A stretch of 64,000 bases of DNA from Nitrospirota bacterium (lineage in GTDB: Bacteria; Nitrospirota; Thermodesulfovibrionia; Thermodesulfovibrionales; Dissulfurispiraceae): the NCBI GenBank assembly GCA_963790025.1, contig CAWBMP010000003.1, positions 64,001 through 128,000 of the forward strand, in the 5' to 3' direction. Below the pieces are notes generated by a model. That model was not told where the DNA came from. It searched no databases and was given only the letters and a program-made list of their open reading frames with translations. This document shows, piece after piece, positions 26,273-35,540 of this stretch. The translations under genes and the position numbers were made by a program. Within the stretch, counting starts at the first letter, position 1. The number at the start of each line of letters is the position of its first letter.

Positions 26273-29200
26273 TGATCGCCAGGATAATTGAGTTCAGCGC
26301 CAGGAACAAGTTTATCATATTTCTTCTGGTGGCCTTTTTGATTGTTTGGGGATACTGGGCCCTGAAACAGACTCCCCTCGACGCCATTCCTGACCTGAGC
26401 GATACCCAGGTTATTGTTTATACAGACTGGACCGGCAGGAGCCCGGATCTTGTTGAGGACCAGATTACCTACCCAATCTCCGCGACTCTTCTGGCAGCTC
26501 CGGGAGTGCAGGCGGTCAGAGGGTTCTCGTACCTGGGCAGCTCTTTTATATACGTCATTTTCAAGGAAGGCACGGATATCTACTGGGCCCGTAGCAGGGT
26601 ACTCGAATACCTACAGGCTGTAAAAAATAAGATCCCTGCCGACGTGAATCCTGTGCTCGGTCCCGACGCTACGAGTGTCGGATGGGGTTTTTCCTATGCT
26701 GTTGTCGATGAGACAGGCGGCCACAACCTGGCTGAACTACGCTCTATTCAGGACTATAATATCAAGCTTGCCCTTGAAAGCGTGCCCGGTGTGTCCCAGG
26801 TGGCAAGCATCGGCGGCTTTGTGAAACAGTACCAGATAACGATAGATCCCAACAAGCTTCTGGCCTATAACATACCCCTTCCGAAAGTGCTTGATGCGGT
26901 CGGGAAAAGCAACCAGGATGTCGAGGGCAGGGTGCTCGAATTCTCAGGCACCGAGTACATGGTCAGGGGAAAAGGCTACATCAAAAGCCTGAGCGACATT
27001 GAAAATGTCCCTGTTGGCGCAAGTATATCAGGGACTCCCATCTATCTGCGGGACATCGCCCACGTGGAGCTCGGACCTGAAATACGCCGGGGACTTGCCG
27101 ATCTGGACGGTAAAGGAGAGGTGGCCGGGGGTATTGTTGTTGTGCGGGTTGGTCAGAATTGCCTCAGTGTTATTGACCGGGTGAAACAGAAGTTAAATAC
27201 CGACATAGGGCCGAGCCTTCCCAAAGGTGTGAAGATTGTCGTCACTTATGACCGGTCAGATCTTATCCATGGGTCGATCGATACACTTAAGGAAGAAATT
27301 GGCAAACTCTCGATTGCGGTGAGCGCTGTCTGCATTATATTCCTGTTCCATCTTCCCAGCGCCCTTGTTGTAATCCTCACTCTACCCGTGGCTATCATTA
27401 TTTCCTTCATCTGTATGCACTTTATTGGCGTCACTTCGAATATTATGAGCCTTAGCGGCATTGCGATTGCTATCGGGGCCATGGTCGATGCCTCGATCAT
27501 CATGGTCGAAAATGCACACAAGAAGATGGAACAATGGGAGTGTAATCGCGAGCTGTATTGCAGCAGGACGGATGTGATAATCGATGCAGCCAAAGAGGTG
27601 GGGCCGTCGCTCTTTTTCTCACTCCTTGTTATAACGGTCGGGTTCCTTCCTGTTTTTACCCTCCAAGCCCAGGCGGGAAGGCTGTTCAAACCCCTGGCAT
27701 ATACAAAGACCTTTGCGATGTTATTTTCGTCATTCCTCGCAGTCACCCTCACTCCAGTGCTCATGACGATCTTTATCAGGGAAAGCAGGCTCGGAAAGGT
27801 CCCTGTCATTAAATATTTCTTCACTATGTATCCTGAGGAGAAACACCCGGTGAGCCGTATCCTCCATAAGGGTTACGAGCCGGTTGCACGGTTTGCGCTC
27901 GCCAACAAAAAAAATGTAATTGTTTTTGCAGTCATTATAATGGGTTTGACTGTATATCCGTTCATGAAGCTCGGTTCTGAATTCATGCCGCCGCTCTATG
28001 AGGGATCGCTGTTTTATATGCCTGTGACTGCTCCGGCGCCTTCTATATCGGTAGTGGCCAATCTTATCCAACTCCAGGACCGCATACTTATGAAGATACC
28101 GGAAGTGTCGCAGGTATTCGGCAAGGCCGGCCGCGCCGAAACCCCGACTGACCCGGCCCCTCTGGAAATGTTCGAGACGATCGTCAATTTGAAGCCTGAG
28201 ATCCAATGGAGACCGGGTATGACGGTTGAGAAGCTCAAGAACGAGATGAACGATGTGCTTACTATACCGGGCGTTGCCAATTCATTCACGATGCCTATTA
28301 AGGCGCGTATCGATATGCTATCGACAGGCATAAGAACTCCGGTAGGCATCAAGGTCATGGGGTCCAATCTTGAAGAGATCGAGCGGATAGGCCTCGAAAT
28401 CGAAAAAAAGTTACAGGACGTCCCAGGCACACGCAGCGTCTACGCCGAGCGCGTTACAACCGGATACTTCTTCGATGTCAACGCAAAGCGGGAAGCGGCT
28501 GCCCGGTACGGCCTCACTGTGAAGGATGTGCAGGACATTATTCAGTCCGCCTTAGGGGGGATGAATCTTACCACTACAGTTGAAGGAAGGGAACGGTACC
28601 CGGTGAACGTGAGGTATTTCAGAGATATGAGAAGCGATATTGAAGATATCAAGCGGGTACTCGTCCCTGTCATGGGCGGGCCTTTACCCGATGCCGTTTC
28701 GGGCAGGCCGGGCCAGCCGAGAATTACTCAGGTGCCGCTTGGCGAACTCGCAGACATTAAAATAGTCAGGGGACCGACAGCAATCAAGAGTGAGGCCGGA
28801 TTGCTGACCTCTTACGTCTATATCGACTTTGCGGACAGGGATGTGGGAGGCTATGTCGATGAGGCCAGGAAAAAGGTTGCTTCGTTGCAAATTCCGGCGG
28901 GATACCGCCTTGAATGGAGCGGGGAGTATGAATACCTGGTAAAGACCCGCGAAAGGCTGAAGCTCGTTATTCCGTTCATGTTGTTTGTCATCTTTGTCCT
29001 CATCTATTTCAACACAGGATCCATTGTCAAGACAGCGATCGTGCTCCTGGCCGTGCCTTTCTCTCTTGTGGGATCGTTCTGGTTTCTTTATTTGCTGGGC
29101 TACAACATGAGCATTGCCGTATGGGTAGGAATCATAGCGTTGGCTGGTCTCGATGCCGAGACCGGGGTCGTGATGCTGCTTTACCTCGAACTGGCATATG

Positions 29201-29484
29201 ATAAGTGGAAGAAGGAAGGGAAGCTCACTAGCCTCTATTCCCTTAAAGAGGCTATTATGTATGGAGCTGTGAAAAGGATCAGACCTAAAATCATGACAGT
29301 GGCCGTCATTCTTGCCGGACTGATACCGATCATGTTCAGCCACGGCGCCGGATCGGATGTAATGAAGAGGATCGCAGCCCCCATGGTCGGAGGCGTGGTC
29401 ACTTCGACGATACTCGAACTTATCATTTATCCGGCGATCTATATGCTCTGGAAGGGACGGGACCAAGCACTCAAATCGACATAA
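26272..29484 (+). CDS. cusA: Cu/Ag RND efflux permease CusA
   Basis: PLDAIPDLSDTQV, GPDATSVGW, Met triad context YMP / LEMFET / TMPIKARIDM, KRIRPKIMT. Confidence 0.93.
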   Translation: MIARIIEFSARNKFIIFLLVAFLIVWGYWALKQTPLDAIPDLSDTQVIVYTDWTGRSPDLVEDQITYPISATLLAAPGVQAVRGFSYLGSSFIYVIFKEGTDIYWARSRVLEYLQAVKNKIPADVNPVLGPDATSVGWGFSYAVVDETGGHNLAELRSIQDYNIKLALESVPGVSQVASIGGFVKQYQITIDPNKLLAYNIPLPKVLDAVGKSNQDVEGRVLEFSGTEYMVRGKGYIKSLSDIENVPVGASISGTPIYLRDIAHVELGPEIRRGLADLDGKGEVAGGIVVVRVGQNCLSVIDRVKQKLNTDIGPSLPKGVKIVVTYDRSDLIHGSIDTLKEEIGKLSIAVSAVCIIFLFHLPSALVVILTLPVAIIISFICMHFIGVTSNIMSLSGIAIAIGAMVDASIIMVENAHKKMEQWECNRELYCSRTDVIIDAAKEVGPSLFFSLLVITVGFLPVFTLQAQAGRLFKPLAYTKTFAMLFSSFLAVTLTPVLMTIFIRESRLGKVPVIKYFFTMYPEEKHPVSRILHKGYEPVARFALANKKNVIVFAVIIMGLTVYPFMKLGSEFMPPLYEGSLFYMPVTAPAPSISVVANLIQLQDRILMKIPEVSQVFGKAGRAETPTDPAPLEMFETIVNLKPEIQWRPGMTVEKLKNEMNDVLTIPGVANSFTMPIKARIDMLSTGIRTPVGIKVMGSNLEEIERIGLEIEKKLQDVPGTRSVYAERVTTGYFFDVNAKREAAARYGLTVKDVQDIIQSALGGMNLTTTVEGRERYPVNVRYFRDMRSDIEDIKRVLVPVMGGPLPDAVSGRPGQPRITQVPLGELADIKIVRGPTAIKSEAGLLTSYVYIDFADRDVGGYVDEARKKVASLQIPAGYRLEWSGEYEYLVKTRERLKLVIPFMLFVIFVLIYFNTGSIVKTAIVLLAVPFSLVGSFWFLYLLGYNMSIAVWVGIIALAGLDAETGVVMLLYLELAYDKWKKEGKLTSLYSLKEAIMYGAVKRIRPKIMTVAVILAGLIPIMFSHGAGSDVMKRIAAPMVGGVVTSTILELIIYPAIYMLWKGRDQALKST

Positions 29485-29503
29485 GCAGCATGTTGAGTGC
29501 TCG
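29466..29503. repeat. REP-like palindrome, family B copy 1
   Basis: AGCACTCAAATCG-N12-TGTTGAGTGCTCG; second copy at 33211-33249. Confidence 0.7.
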
Positions 29504-29520
29504 GTCCGGAAGGTGGAACT

Positions 29521-30204
29521 GTGAAAATCCTTATCGTCGAGGACGAAAAGAAAATAGCGGATATTGTCAAATCTTATCTTGAACGCGAAGGTTTCGAAGT
29601 AACTGCCGTAGAAACGGGTGAGGCGGCCATCAGCGAGATAAGGACTGGCTTTGACCTAGTTATTTTAGACCTCAGGCTTCCTGATATCGACGGCGAAACA
29701 GTATGCAAATATATCAGGGATGTCACCGACATCCCAATCATTATGCTCACCGCTAAAAGTGCGGAAGACGACAGGGTCAAGGGTCTGAGCCTCGGGGCTG
29801 ACGATTATGTGGTCAAGCCCTTTAGCGCCAGGGAACTGGTAGCGCGGGTAAAGGCCCATCTACGACGTTTTAAAAAGGACGTGAAGAGAGAACTCTCATT
29901 CAACGACAAGTCGTTGATTATCGATACGCTTTCAAAAGAGGTCAAAAGCAACGGTAAAAGAGTTATGCTGACAAACACCGAGTTCAAAATTCTTCTCAGC
30001 CTTGCCGAAAGGCCTGGTGTCATCTTCAGCCGATTGCAGCTTATTAATATCGTGCAGGGTTATGATTTTGAAGGGTTCGACAGGGTAGTCGATGTACATG
30101 TCAAGAATATCAGGCGCAAAATTGAAGATGACCCGCAAAAACCGGGGTTTATAGAGACTGCCTACGGTGTTGGGTACAAATTCATAGGTGATTCGGACAA
30201 ATGA
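29521..30204 (+). CDS. OmpR-family response regulator
   Basis: ILIVEDE, LDLRLPDIDG, GADDYVVKPF, winged helix TAYGVGYKF. Confidence 0.92.
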   Translation: MKILIVEDEKKIADIVKSYLEREGFEVTAVETGEAAISEIRTGFDLVILDLRLPDIDGETVCKYIRDVTDIPIIMLTAKSAEDDRVKGLSLGADDYVVKPFSARELVARVKAHLRRFKKDVKRELSFNDKSLIIDTLSKEVKSNGKRVMLTNTEFKILLSLAERPGVIFSRLQLINIVQGYDFEGFDRVVDVHVKNIRRKIEDDPQKPGFIETAYGVGYKFIGDSDK

Positions 30205-31601
30205 GAACAAAGCTGTTCCTCGCTTTTATAGTCATCATACTTGCGGCACTCGTCTCTACCGTTGCTTTTGAACCGTTGATCCTGAAGGATTTCGATAGTT
30301 ACACCAAGGGCGTCAAGGAAGATCAGATATACTGGATCATTGCCTCTGCGGAGGGGGGTTACAAGAACGGAAAGTGGGACAAACAAATGCTTGCCGAGTC
30401 TATACATTGGGCCATGATGATGGGCCTCGATGTCAAGGTTCTTGATACGCAAAGCAGGGAAATAATCCCTACTCGACGCGTCATGGAATCGCTTTCGCCA
30501 GGCATGATGCGCCGTATGGACGAACTCTTCCGTCTTGACCGTAATACAGATCGCAAATACGATGAGTTTCCAATCATTTCAAACGGCTCAAAGATCGGCT
30601 CGCTTTTGGCCCGTTCCTTTCAGAAAAAGGCGCTTGCAGAAAAAGAGGCCATATTCAAAGCGAGGGTCAGGCATTTTCTCTACATATATCTGCTGATCGC
30701 CGGCGCCGGCTCACTTATTATCGGCATCACGCTTACTCAGTATCTCTCGAAACCTGTCAGACTCCTTAAGAAGGCAGCCGAAAAGATTGCCGTCGGCGAT
30801 TTTGCAGTAAGGATTTCCGCCGAATCTGCCGACGAAGTTGGAGATCTTGCAAAGGCCTTTAATAAAATGGCGGCATCTCTTCAAAAAGAAGAGACACTGA
30901 GAATACAGCTCATGTCCGATATCGCCCATGAACTCAGGACGCCTTTGACCATAATGAAAACCCACGTCGAAGCCATGGCTGACGGCATAGTGATTGATAC
31001 TTCGAGGGGACTCGACACTATCACTGCTGAAATCGAGCGACTGATAACGCTCGTGAAAGGTATTGAAGATGTGACTGCTGCAGAGGCTGCTTTTTTTAAG
31101 AAAGGCGAGGAAGCCGAGATAGACCTGAGGGAATTCCTTTCCGGTATAGCCGGCGATCTGACGCCTCTCTTCAGGACACGCGGACTGTATATAAACATTT
31201 TGCAAGAAGGCGAACTCAAGGTGTCAATTGACGTGGAGAAATTCGAAATGGTCTTGAGAAACGTTTTTTCCAATGCCCTCAAATTCAGCATAGAGGGTGG
31301 GGTCTCCATTGATTATGGCACGGAAGGCAACAGATTCTTTGTCGAAATAGCCGATACCGGCAGGGGGATAGAGGAGAAAGACTTGCCTCATATATTCGAC
31401 CGGTTTTACCGGTCCGGGGACCCCGGTGTTACACCCCTAAAAGCCTCACGACTTTTCGGGGACCCCGGCGTAGAGGGTTTGGGACTGGGGCTAGCCATCG
31501 TAAAGGAACTGGTCAATATTATGGAGGGTGAGATAACGGTAAAAAGCACTCCCGGTAAAGGGACAAGCTCTCGGATATTGCTGCCTATGGCGCACAAATG
31601 A
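30201..31601 (+). CDS. HAMP sensor histidine kinase (BaeS-like)
   Basis: Two TMs, Met-rich periplasmic part, HELRTP, NALKF, DTGRG, GLGLAIV. Confidence 0.92.
   Translation: MRTKLFLAFIVIILAALVSTVAFEPLILKDFDSYTKGVKEDQIYWIIASAEGGYKNGKWDKQMLAESIHWAMMMGLDVKVLDTQSREIIPTRRVMESLSPGMMRRMDELFRLDRNTDRKYDEFPIISNGSKIGSLLARSFQKKALAEKEAIFKARVRHFLYIYLLIAGAGSLIIGITLTQYLSKPVRLLKKAAEKIAVGDFAVRISAESADEVGDLAKAFNKMAASLQKEETLRIQLMSDIAHELRTPLTIMKTHVEAMADGIVIDTSRGLDTITAEIERLITLVKGIEDVTAAEAAFFKKGEEAEIDLREFLSGIAGDLTPLFRTRGLYINILQEGELKVSIDVEKFEMVLRNVFSNALKFSIEGGVSIDYGTEGNRFFVEIADTGRGIEEKDLPHIFDRFYRSGDPGVTPLKASRLFGDPGVEGLGLGLAIVKELVNIMEGEITVKSTPGKGTSSRILLPMAHK
31415..31471 (-). repeat. Family A palindromic element inserted in-frame in the kinase, flanked by a 15-bp direct repeat
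   Basis: CGGGGACCCCGG(T/C)GT at 31415 and 31457 (42 bp apart) around CCCCTAAAAGCC-TCAC-GACTTTTCGGGG. Confidence 0.7.
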
Positions 31602-31603
31602 GG

Positions 31604-32014
31604 TTACTTGATGGGTAACTTTTCTTTCAAGAATATGCACATTTGCTTGTCAAATCCGTCAAGGTGTCTTGCAAGCCAGTGGTAGAGAGAACCTTCCAGT
31701 TCGGAAGTCAGGTACGGATGCTGTTGACCGCTTATATATTTGCTTCTTAACTCCGTGAAATCTTCGCAGAACTGTTTATGCTCGGCTTTGTGTTCGGTGT
31801 ATCCTGAATAGTTGTAAAACTGCATATAGTGTTCTTCCATTGCAAAATGCCTTATTACATATTCTTCCAGGAAAACAAATGCCTCCTTGAGAGCGTCCAT
31901 ATCTTTACCATTATCAATGCAGATTGAAATATTATCTATCGACACAAACAATTGCCTGTGTTGTTCATCAATCTCATCTATGCCACATAATAGGTCGTCA
32001 GTCCATTTATACAT
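31604..32014 (-). CDS. Bacteriohemerythrin
   Basis: IDEQHRQL, HFAMEE, HKAEHKQF, WLARHLDGFD. Confidence 0.9.
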   Translation of the reverse strand: MYKWTDDLLCGIDEIDEQHRQLFVSIDNISICIDNGKDMDALKEAFVFLEEYVIRHFAMEEHYMQFYNYSGYTEHKAEHKQFCEDFTELRSKYISGQQHPYLTSELEGSLYHWLARHLDGFDKQMCIFLKEKLPIK

Positions 32015-32205
32015 GTATTCTCTCCAATCTTCTTTGTTAACGGCACCCGGTTTTCTGAACGTCCTGGTTGAAGTGAATCCGGCTTATTATACCATGTATT
32101 CCCGGCTGGCAAGGAGGCCTGCTCCTTACTCAATTAGCATATGATACTATTTGTTTCAGCCCCGAAAAAGAGAATTATTTTGTATAATACTACTAAGGCA
32201 AAGTT

Positions 32206-32397
32206 ATGCAAGTTCGATGTCCCTTGTGTAAAAAGAAGACAACGTGGGAAGAAAACCAGTATAAGCCGTTTTGTTCCGAACGTTGCAAGCTTATAGACCT
32301 CGGCAGATGGGTTTTGGAGGAGTACAAAGTACCGGGTGAGTCCGACGAAAGCACTGCTGATGAAGATAGTCAAGGACAGGAGGGTTCAATCAAATAA
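32206..32397 (+). CDS. yacG: DNA gyrase inhibitor YacG
   Basis: CPLC...PFCSERCKLIDLGRW. Confidence 0.92.
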   Translation: MQVRCPLCKKKTTWEENQYKPFCSERCKLIDLGRWVLEEYKVPGESDESTADEDSQGQEGSIK

Positions 32398-33200
32398 TGA
32401 AAAAGATCATAGTAACCGGTGCAACAGGAAGAATGGGCTCAAGAATCATAGCGCTTTCAAAGGACTACCCTGATTTGCGGCTCGGAGGCGCCCTGGAAAA
32501 AAAAGGGACCAAAGATATCGGTAAGGATATTGGATCGCTCCTTGGTCTAGGAGAAATTAATGTTCAGCTCAATGATACCCTCGAACATATAATCGGAAGC
32601 GGAGATTTGGTTATAGACTTTACTGCTCCCGCTGCAACGATGCAAAATGTGATGATAGCTGCCGAACATAAAAAGGCCATGATAATCGGCACCACCGGAT
32701 TGTCGAAAGATGAGATTGAAACGATACGGCAGCTGACAGGTGAAATCCCTGTAGTGCTCGCCCCCAATATGAGTGTTGGCGTAAATCTCCTTTTTAAATT
32801 GCTTCAGGACGTCGCAAGGGTGCTAGGTGATGATTATGATATTGAAATCATCGAGGCCCACCACCGCCTGAAAAAAGATGCGCCGAGTGGGACCGCTCTT
32901 AAAATGGCACAGGTGATCGCTGAGGCGGTGCACAGAAATCTTGATGAGGTCGGTGTCTATGCCAGAAAAGGGATTATCGGAGAGCGCACCAGGAATGAGA
33001 TAGGTATTCAGACAGTGAGGGCGGGTGACATTGTCGGCGAACATACCGTGATTTTCGGAGGTCTGGGCGAAAGGATAGAAATTACCCACAAGGCATCAAG
33101 CAGGGACACTTTTGCGCGAGGGGCCTTAAAAGCCGCACTATGGGTGACTGATAAAAAGGCCGGGTTATATGATATGCAGGACGTGCTGGGGCTGAAATAG
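32397..33200 (+). CDS. dapB: 4-hydroxy-tetrahydrodipicolinate reductase
   Basis: GATGRMG, IGTTG, EAHHRLKKDAPSGTA. Confidence 0.96.
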   Translation: MKKIIVTGATGRMGSRIIALSKDYPDLRLGGALEKKGTKDIGKDIGSLLGLGEINVQLNDTLEHIIGSGDLVIDFTAPAATMQNVMIAAEHKKAMIIGTTGLSKDEIETIRQLTGEIPVVLAPNMSVGVNLLFKLLQDVARVLGDDYDIEIIEAHHRLKKDAPSGTALKMAQVIAEAVHRNLDEVGVYARKGIIGERTRNEIGIQTVRAGDIVGEHTVIFGGLGERIEITHKASSRDTFARGALKAALWVTDKKAGLYDMQDVLGLK

Positions 33201-33210
33201 CGTACAGCTG

Positions 33211-33249
33211 AGCACTCAAATCGCCGGTGAGCGGCGTGTTGAGTGCTCG
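33211..33249. repeat. REP-like palindrome, family B copy 2
   Basis: AGCACTCAAATCG-N13-TGTTGAGTGCTCG between convergent genes. Confidence 0.7.
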
Positions 33250-33256
33250 AGTTTAT

Positions 33257-33742
33257 TCATCCTTCGACAATGCCGTGTTCGTCCCACATAAACCAGTTGC
33301 CTGTATCCGACATAAACGAATAGGTATTCTGAAATATGGAGAAGTGCTGCTCTTCCTCATGAATGAGCTGCTTGAAGAGCATTCGTTCTTTTTCTGTCTT
33401 TGCCTCGGATAATGCTTTCCTGTAAAATTCCACTCCCTCTTTTTCCATGTTCATAGCAATCTTGAATACTTCAAGATCATCGGTCGTGGCCTCGATGCGC
33501 TTCATCATCTCGTCCTTATGTTGTTCGAAGACAGTCTTTATATTCTTTACAGGACTGGCATTCCTGATTGTCAGGTCAAGTCCCTTGAATATCGTACTGA
33601 GCATTTCGAGGTGTCTCTTTTCGTCTTCAACAACCGAGAGGAACATTTTCTTTCCTACTGCGCTGCTCGTTCTCTCCGCGGCTTCTTTATAGAACTTTAT
33701 TGCATCTGTTTCCATCTTGATCGATATGTCTATGGAATTCAT
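33257..33742 (-). CDS. Ferritin-like (rubrerythrin diiron domain) protein
   Basis: Two E..FY...DEKRH / EEEQH helix pairs; ATG at 33742 after GGGAG. Confidence 0.88.
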   Translation of the reverse strand: MNSIDISIKMETDAIKFYKEAAERTSSAVGKKMFLSVVEDEKRHLEMLSTIFKGLDLTIRNASPVKNIKTVFEQHKDEMMKRIEATTDDLEVFKIAMNMEKEGVEFYRKALSEAKTEKERMLFKQLIHEEEQHFSIFQNTYSFMSDTGNWFMWDEHGIVEG

Positions 33743-33798
33743 TGTGACTCCCCATTTTAGAATTCTGCCCCGGAAAATTCCGGGGACCCGGCAAAAAA

Positions 33799-33960
33799 TT
33801 AAACCATTTTGTTGAACACGTCTTTGGTCGCGCCGCAGATGGGACAGACCCAACTGTCGGGGATCTTTTCGAAGGGGGTTCCGGGGGCTATACCGGAGTC
33901 CGGGTCTCCATACTCGGGATCATAGACATAACCGCATATACTGCACTTCCATTTTTCCAT
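33799..33960 (-). CDS. Rubredoxin (not in the ORF track)
   Basis: [62 protein letters not shown]. Confidence 0.94.
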   Translation of the reverse strand: MEKWKCSICGYVYDPEYGDPDSGIAPGTPFEKIPDSWVCPICGATKDVFNKMV

Positions 33961-34004
33961 ACTTCCTCCTAAGTTGATATGTGACTATCATTTTATAATA
34001 GATG

Positions 34005-35297
34005 TTACTCACTGTCAATTTTTTCCATTTTTACTTTTGCTATCCTCTGCGCGACCATCTCGATGATCCTGAAACTTTTATCATCGAAATTGACCACGTC
34101 GCCGGTTTTTGGTATCCGCTGGAGGTTCATCAGGATAAATCCGCCTAGCGTCTCGTACTCCGGCGATTCCGGAATGACTATATTGTAGTCTTCATTAAGA
34201 TCGCCGACGCTGATCGATGCGTCGATAATCATGGAGCCGTCCTCAAGCTGGATGACAGGGCTCTCGGTATCGTATTCGTCCCTGATCTCGCCCACTATCT
34301 CTTCGAGAAGGTCTTCAAGGGTCACGAGGCCGGAAACAGCGCCGTATTCGTCTATGGCAATTGCCATATGAACTCTTTTCCTCTGCATTTCTCTCAGTAG
34401 AATACTTATTTTCACGGTTTCGGGAATAAAGATGGGCGGTTTGATTATCCGGTGGATGTTGACGCTTCCGGTCCTCGAGAGCAGATTATAAAAATCTTTG
34501 GCATAGAGAATGCCCCGTATATCATTAATGTCCTTTCCGACGACCGGATACCGTGAGAACTTCTCTTCAGAAATGATTTCATTTACTTTATCGGTGGTCA
34601 TTGAGTAGCCTATGATAACCATTTGAGGGGCCGGTACCATGACCTCTTTGACCGAGGTGTCGGTGAATTCAAAAACGCTATGAATGAGTTCCTTTTCTTC
34701 AGGCTCGAAAACACCCTGTTGTCCCCCTTCTTCCAGGAGTAGTTTTACTTCCTCTTCGGTAACGTACTCGCGCTGCGTGAAGGCCTTTTGCTTAAAAGGC
34801 CTTAATATAATATTGGAGCTGACTGTCAGGAGGCTGACAAGAACATATGCGATTTTTGAAAACTTTTCGATCAGCGGGGCAGCCCAGAGGCCGACAGCCT
34901 CACGGTTTGAAAGCGCCACGGATTTTGGAATTAGTTCACCGAAGATGAGGAAGAAGAACGTTATGACAATGACCACAAACCCGATAGCGATAGCCTCGCT
35001 TGAGGCGGCAATAAACGGTATCGGAGCGGCCTGCAACCACGGTTTTATAACCTTCACCGCCGCGGCGCCGCCGATTGCAGAGGCGAGATCGGCAGTAAGG
35101 GTAATGCCTATTTGTATAGTGGCCAGAAAACGGTCGGGCTTTTCCCTGAGTTTAAAGAGGATGGCGGCATTCTTGTTCCCCTCATCCATCAACTGCTTAA
35201 TACGTGTTCTTCTGTTGGTTACGATAGCAATTTCAGAGGCGGCGAAGAAACCATTGATAATAATGCAGAACGCTATAAGGAAGAGTTGTATCCACAT
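34005..35297 (-). CDS. HlyC/CorC (CNNM-CBS-CorC) family transporter
   Basis: FFAASEIAI, FGELIPK, CBS pair FSRYPV, DEYG..TLEDLLEEIVGEI, YETLGG. Confidence 0.92.
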   Translation of the reverse strand: MWIQLFLIAFCIIINGFFAASEIAIVTNRRTRIKQLMDEGNKNAAILFKLREKPDRFLATIQIGITLTADLASAIGGAAAVKVIKPWLQAAPIPFIAASSEAIAIGFVVIVITFFFLIFGELIPKSVALSNREAVGLWAAPLIEKFSKIAYVLVSLLTVSSNIILRPFKQKAFTQREYVTEEEVKLLLEEGGQQGVFEPEEKELIHSVFEFTDTSVKEVMVPAPQMVIIGYSMTTDKVNEIISEEKFSRYPVVGKDINDIRGILYAKDFYNLLSRTGSVNIHRIIKPPIFIPETVKISILLREMQRKRVHMAIAIDEYGAVSGLVTLEDLLEEIVGEIRDEYDTESPVIQLEDGSMIIDASISVGDLNEDYNIVIPESPEYETLGGFILMNLQRIPKTGDVVNFDDKSFRIIEMVAQRIAKVKMEKIDSE

Positions 35298-35350
35298 ACG
35301 GAATAATTATACCATAGCTGAAAGGTCATAGTTTATTAGTCTGGTAGTCA

Positions 35351-35515
35351 GGTAGCGGGTCAGTTTGTTTTTGCTCTGGCCCAAATAGTCTTTCGTTTCC
35401 GATCACAGGCATGTACTGAAGATTATCTGACAGCCGCTTCTCGATATGTGGCTCGTTACCACCCCACTGCTGAGAACCCCGGTGATCCAGAGCAAAAACA
35501 AACTGACCCACTACC
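35351..35515. mobile_element. 165-bp remnant element with 29-bp terminal inverted repeats and a RAYT/IS200-like transposase fragment
   Basis: GGTAGCGGGTCAGTTTGTTTTTGCTCTGG and its inverse (28/29 match); interior reads RFRSQACTEDYLTAASRYVAR. Confidence 0.6.
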
Positions 35516-35540
35516 CCAGTCAGATTCACGTCGTTTTTAT

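Noticed and set aside
33743..33853. N-terminal extension of the ferritin-like ORF given by the ORF track
   Set aside because: It overlaps the rubredoxin in another frame; a better start with RBS is at 33742.
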